A DNA stretch of 64,000 bases from Clostridia bacterium (GTDB lineage Bacteria > Bacillota > Clostridia > UMGS1840). The stretch lies in assembly GCA_017468465.1 (NCBI GenBank), contig JAFUIN010000014.1:3618-67617 (forward strand), read 5' to 3'. Of the stretch, positions 59,546 to 64,000 are shown one piece after another. The notes under the pieces are model-generated. The model was not told where the DNA came from and searched no databases. It saw only the letters and a program-made list of their open reading frames with translations. Position 1 is the first letter of the stretch. The number at the start of each line of letters is the position of its first letter. The position numbers were made by a program, and so were the translations under genes.

Positions 59546-61777
59546 ATGAAAAGAATCATTGCTTTACTTTTGGCAATTATGATGCTGCCGATTTTCACTG
59601 TAGTATCACAAGCTGCCATGACAAGAGACGAATTTCGTGAAGTTTTAGTCGGTGACAGTGATGGTCATTTGGAAGCTATTTTAGAACAAGCAAATTTGAA
59701 ACGTGCTTACAAAAATATTTCCATGGATGAGTTAACCGCTTTGAGAAACTTTCACAATAACTTCAAACTGGAAGATGTAAAATTACCCGCAGGATTTGTT
59801 AACGACTTACCCACTGCTGTGGGTATCACCGAGGATGAAGCGAAGGTTTTGGTTTACGGCTTCATTAAATTGATGACTTTCCCCAATGAAAAGAACGGCG
59901 CTGAAGTTGCCCCAGTGAAAGATCATAAAAACATAATTAGCGAAAAAGATATTGATCGTGCAGCAGACGTATTTTGCACAGAAGTTCCGGGCACAGGTGT
60001 TTCTCCTAACGAGGTGTTAGACAAAGTTGCAAACGGAACAATGCACAAACATGCTTTGGGCGGAATGGTTTATAATATACAAACCAATTTAAGAAAACAA
60101 GCAAAAGAAGATGCAGCTGCTTTCTTAAAAACATTCCAGGCTCCGATTGATACATTCCAGCCTAATGTAAAAGGTATGGTTGAAAAAGCTTTGGCTGCAG
60201 CGTTTGATGAGGCAACTCCTGCAAATGCCAAATTAGAACGTTTATATGTTGTAAAACAGGCTATGTTGGGGAACGGTTATTTGAAAGAGAATGGCGGTGC
60301 CATTGATCCGAAATCTCCGTTTATCAAATTAGTTTTAACAGCTTTTGATGTAATGGATGATACCACTGATGGTAAGGTTGCACTTTCTGTTGTTTTCAAT
60401 ACCATTATGTCTGGTGTTATGGATGTATCTGTTAATGTTTATGAAACACATTCTACCAGTATAGTTAAAAAATCAATCGAACCGAACCAGGAAGTTCCTG
60501 CATTAGAAGTCAATGATGTGTGTTACATTGATGTAATTCCCGGTTTTACTTTAGGTGATGATAAAGAAGATGCTATTACGCTTACAATCACCAGTAATTT
60601 AGAAGGGGATTCTACTAATGGTGTTGTAGAACTTGCAAAAGCAGAAACCGGTAACAGAATAAAAATCACCGGCAAAGCTGAAGGAACAGGTATCATTAAA
60701 CTTTATAGAAATCTGGATACTAAGTTCGACAATCAAATGTGCGATTCTGCTGCGGCAGAAAAAGACGCTTTGCCTGAGCTGTTTATGGAACTGTGTATTA
60801 AAGTGACAAAAGAGTCTGATTCCGAGTCTGGCGGCGGTGGAGCACCTATTACCAAACGTGTAGAAGCTCCCACCATTACTTTTGAAGTAGATGGCGCTGG
60901 AAACATCACTGTTTCCTTAGAAACTGCTACTGAAGGTGCTACCATTTACTACACTACTACCGGTCTTTCTCCCACAGAAAAATCTCAGAAATACGAAGGT
61001 CCTTTCCAGGTTCCGGATGGCACCACTATTAAAGCATTTGCTGTAAAACCCGGCTACATTGACAGTTATGTATCTACTGATACTATTAAATTGGATGAAG
61101 CTTTGAAACCTACCTTAACAGGTGAACATATTGCGTATGTTCACGGTAGAGACACCGGAAACTTTGATGCAGAAGACAACGTTACCAGAGGTGAAGTTGC
61201 TGCCATCTTCTCCAGATTACTTGTGAAGAAAATGGTGTTCAAAGATAACAGCACCAGCAAATTTACTGACGTTGTAGAAGGTGCATGGCATACTCCTTAC
61301 ATCAAATATCTGACCAATGTAAACATTATCAACGGTTACGAAGACGGAACCTTCAGACCGGATGCACCCATTACCCGTGCAGAATTGGCAACTGTTGCTT
61401 CCAGATTCTTTGATTTGGAACAAGGTTCTGTAAACGTATTCAGCGATGTAAGCGATTCTCACTGGGCGAAACCCTACATTGATTCTGCTGTAATTAAAGG
61501 TTGGATTCTTGGTTATGAAGACGGAACCTTCAAACCTGATCAGGCAATCAAACGTTCTGAAACTGTAACCATCGTAAACAGAATGCTGAACCGTGTTGCA
61601 GATAAGACCTACATTGCAGAACATTATGACGAAGTGCTTGATTATCCGGATTTAGACGAATCTTACTGGGCATACTATGAAATCTTAGAAGCAAGTAACT
61701 GGCATGACCATAAAGTTACCAATAATAAAGAAATCTGGACTGATATCTTCTATCAGGAAAGATTCAATGCTTCCTGA
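59546..61777 (+). CDS. Large secreted SLH-domain protein (743 aa) with a chitobiase/FN3-associated-like module
   Basis: Signal peptide. About 400 aa of unassigned N-terminal region. An ATIYYTTTG...KYEGPFQVPDGTTIKAFAVKPGY module. Three C-terminal SLH repeats. Confidence 0.8.
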   Translation: MKRIIALLLAIMMLPIFTVVSQAAMTRDEFREVLVGDSDGHLEAILEQANLKRAYKNISMDELTALRNFHNNFKLEDVKLPAGFVNDLPTAVGITEDEAKVLVYGFIKLMTFPNEKNGAEVAPVKDHKNIISEKDIDRAADVFCTEVPGTGVSPNEVLDKVANGTMHKHALGGMVYNIQTNLRKQAKEDAAAFLKTFQAPIDTFQPNVKGMVEKALAAAFDEATPANAKLERLYVVKQAMLGNGYLKENGGAIDPKSPFIKLVLTAFDVMDDTTDGKVALSVVFNTIMSGVMDVSVNVYETHSTSIVKKSIEPNQEVPALEVNDVCYIDVIPGFTLGDDKEDAITLTITSNLEGDSTNGVVELAKAETGNRIKITGKAEGTGIIKLYRNLDTKFDNQMCDSAAAEKDALPELFMELCIKVTKESDSESGGGGAPITKRVEAPTITFEVDGAGNITVSLETATEGATIYYTTTGLSPTEKSQKYEGPFQVPDGTTIKAFAVKPGYIDSYVSTDTIKLDEALKPTLTGEHIAYVHGRDTGNFDAEDNVTRGEVAAIFSRLLVKKMVFKDNSTSKFTDVVEGAWHTPYIKYLTNVNIINGYEDGTFRPDAPITRAELATVASRFFDLEQGSVNVFSDVSDSHWAKPYIDSAVIKGWILGYEDGTFKPDQAIKRSETVTIVNRMLNRVADKTYIAEHYDEVLDYPDLDESYWAYYEILEASNWHDHKVTNNKEIWTDIFYQERFNAS

Positions 61778-61795
61778 TTATAGGTCATTCAAAAT

Positions 61796-61832
61796 AAAAA
61801 CTGCATCCTCGAAAGGGGATGCAGTTTTTTTT
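61796..61832 (+). terminator. Intrinsic terminator after the SLH genes
   Basis: AAAAACTGCATCC, loop, GGATGCAGTTTTTTTT. Confidence 0.8.
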
Positions 61833-61871
61833 ATAGCAAAAAGATGTTTGAACATAATTTTAGGATACGAC

Positions 61872-62663
61872 TTATTTTTTATAAATTAAAAGCTCAAATG
61901 AAATGGTAACTTCAAATTCCTCTAAAGTGTTTATTTTTTCAATATCTTCTTTTTTTGTGCGATAATAATAAGGAGTCATTTGAAATAAATGAAGAATATC
62001 TTCCCGGTTTTTCAGTTTGATTTTTTTATGTATTTTTTTCGATTCCAAAAAAGTAAAATGCTCTAATGTGTATTCTTTTACCTGGTTTTGATATGGTGTA
62101 TTATAGATTACCGATTTCAGCTCAAACAGATGGTCCGCACCGGGAATTCCCAAAACCATAATGCCGTCTTTTTTTAAGACTCTGTAAAATTCATCTCCGG
62201 CATAAGGGGCAAACAAGCTGAACAGTAAATCAACTTCGCTATCACCAATGGGTAAGTTAAATAGGCTTGCGGCAATGAAGGTGATATCTCTGTTTTTTGG
62301 TGCTGCCTTTTGCAAGGCGGATTTGGAAATATCAATTCCTGTAATTTTTCGATTGGGTTTGTAGATGCCGTTGGTGTAATAACCTTCACCGCATCCGGCA
62401 TCCAGAATGACTGTCGGTTGAAAAGTGTCAATAACATTTTTTAAGGCTTCCAGAAAACTGCTGTAATAGCCTTTTGCCAAAAAATTTTCTCTGGCATCAA
62501 CCATCAGCTTGTTGTCACCGGGTAATTTTGAGCGCATTTGATTGCACAACAAAAAATTGACATATCCTTTTTTTGAAATATCAAAACTGTGACGGTTTTG
62601 ACAAACATATGTTTTTTCATTGCATTTTTCAATTTTTTCGCGACAGACCGGACACCGTAACAT
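61872..62663 (-). CDS. rlmA: 23S rRNA (guanine-N1)-methyltransferase, RlmA/RrmA family
   Basis: N-terminal Zn finger LRCPVCREK...YVCQNRHSFDISKKGY. SAM motif ILDAGCGEGYY. The ATG at 62663 follows AAGGAG. The 76 upstream codons of the track ORF have no support. Confidence 0.85.
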   Translation of the reverse strand: MLRCPVCREKIEKCNEKTYVCQNRHSFDISKKGYVNFLLCNQMRSKLPGDNKLMVDARENFLAKGYYSSFLEALKNVIDTFQPTVILDAGCGEGYYTNGIYKPNRKITGIDISKSALQKAAPKNRDITFIAASLFNLPIGDSEVDLLFSLFAPYAGDEFYRVLKKDGIMVLGIPGADHLFELKSVIYNTPYQNQVKEYTLEHFTFLESKKIHKKIKLKNREDILHLFQMTPYYYRTKKEDIEKINTLEEFEVTISFELLIYKK

Positions 62664-62707
62664 AAAAAAACTCCTTTTGGTGTATACTGAATGTGAGGTG
62701 ATTGAAA

Positions 62708-62860
62708 ATGAAAAACACAAAAAAGAAAAAACTGCCGAAAACAGAAGCAGTGATTCGTGCTTTTCATGATGTGGGGACAAAAACAGACCCGCAGGGAAGC
62801 TACACCGGTCAACCGAATGAGAGGGACGTTCAGCCCATTCAGGATGCCGACGATTTATAG
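62708..62860 (+). CDS. Predicted 50-aa basic-N/acidic-C small protein (not in the supplied ORF track)
   Basis: ATG 8 nt after GAGGTG. Sequence MKNTKKKKLPKTEAVIRAFHDVGTKTDPQGSYTGQPNERDVQPIQDADDL. A 16-bp hairpin plus a T-run on the + strand lies 15 nt after the stop. Confidence 0.5.
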   Translation: MKNTKKKKLPKTEAVIRAFHDVGTKTDPQGSYTGQPNERDVQPIQDADDL

Positions 62861-62875
62861 ATAAATTCGTTTGCA

Positions 62876-62914
62876 AAATACAGAAGCACAAATTCTTGTG
62901 CTTCTGTATTTTTT
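62876..62914 (+). terminator. Intrinsic terminator (16-bp perfect stem), with a stronger T-tract on the + strand
   Basis: AAATACAGAAGCACAA-ATTC-TTGTGCTTCTGTATTTTTTG. It may also stop the convergent flavin reductase gene. Confidence 0.7.
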
Positions 62915-62917
62915 GTG

Positions 62918-64000
<1,083 letters not shown>

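Noticed and set aside
62683-62688. TATACT hexamer as a -10 element for the 50-aa ORF.
   Set aside because: There is no acceptable -35 at 17 nt. A start 7 nt downstream would remove the RBS (62694-62699) from the transcript. The promoter for this ORF remains unidentified.

Overview
This window looks like a chromosomal core-genome segment of a low-GC, endospore-forming Firmicute. The gene content and order are Clostridia-like: an Rnf complex, spoVM, cwlD, ylmC/ymxH and SLH-anchored wall proteins. I count about 62 tightly packed protein-coding genes, about 55 of them on the + strand, many joined by 1-4 nt overlaps.

In order, the window contains:
- asnS (5' end truncated), a TPR protein, the single-chain FGAM synthase purL, punA, ahcY and a VanW/G5 protein.
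- rnfCDGEAB.
- rlmN-prpC-prkC-rsgA-rpe-thiN-(small membrane ORF)-spoVM, then clpC.
- An MBL hydrolase, hemZ-like, ppa, a PPi-type pfk, a methyltransferase, and miaB-mutS-mutL-miaA.
- An orphan HlyD-like protein followed by ylmE-sepF-ylmH-divIVA-lspA-rluD, then a PaaI thioesterase.
- On the minus strand, mscL-murJ-citrate synthase.
- lepB-rbgA-rnhB-yraN and a QueG-like Fe-S protein.
- An SLH protein on the minus strand.
- A Cys-rich membrane protein plus an ECF S-component, glnA and a small exported protein.
- An EF-G/TetM-like GTPase fused to a Rae1/YacP NYN nuclease, plus an MBL hydrolase.
- cwlD, a MATE pump, ylmC and two tandem SLH proteins.
- On the minus strand, rlmA, a flavin reductase and a 3' ABC-F fragment.

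I saw no rRNA, tRNA, CRISPR array, transposase/integrase, prophage or recognisable defence island.

The most unusual item is the GTPase-NYN fusion ORF (52525-55101), which is translationally coupled to an MBL-fold hydrolase. Two micro-ORFs missing from the supplied track are also proposed: spoVM at 20819-20902 and a 50-aa ORF at 62708-62860.

All functional calls rest on my reading of translated motifs and on synteny. No database search was run.
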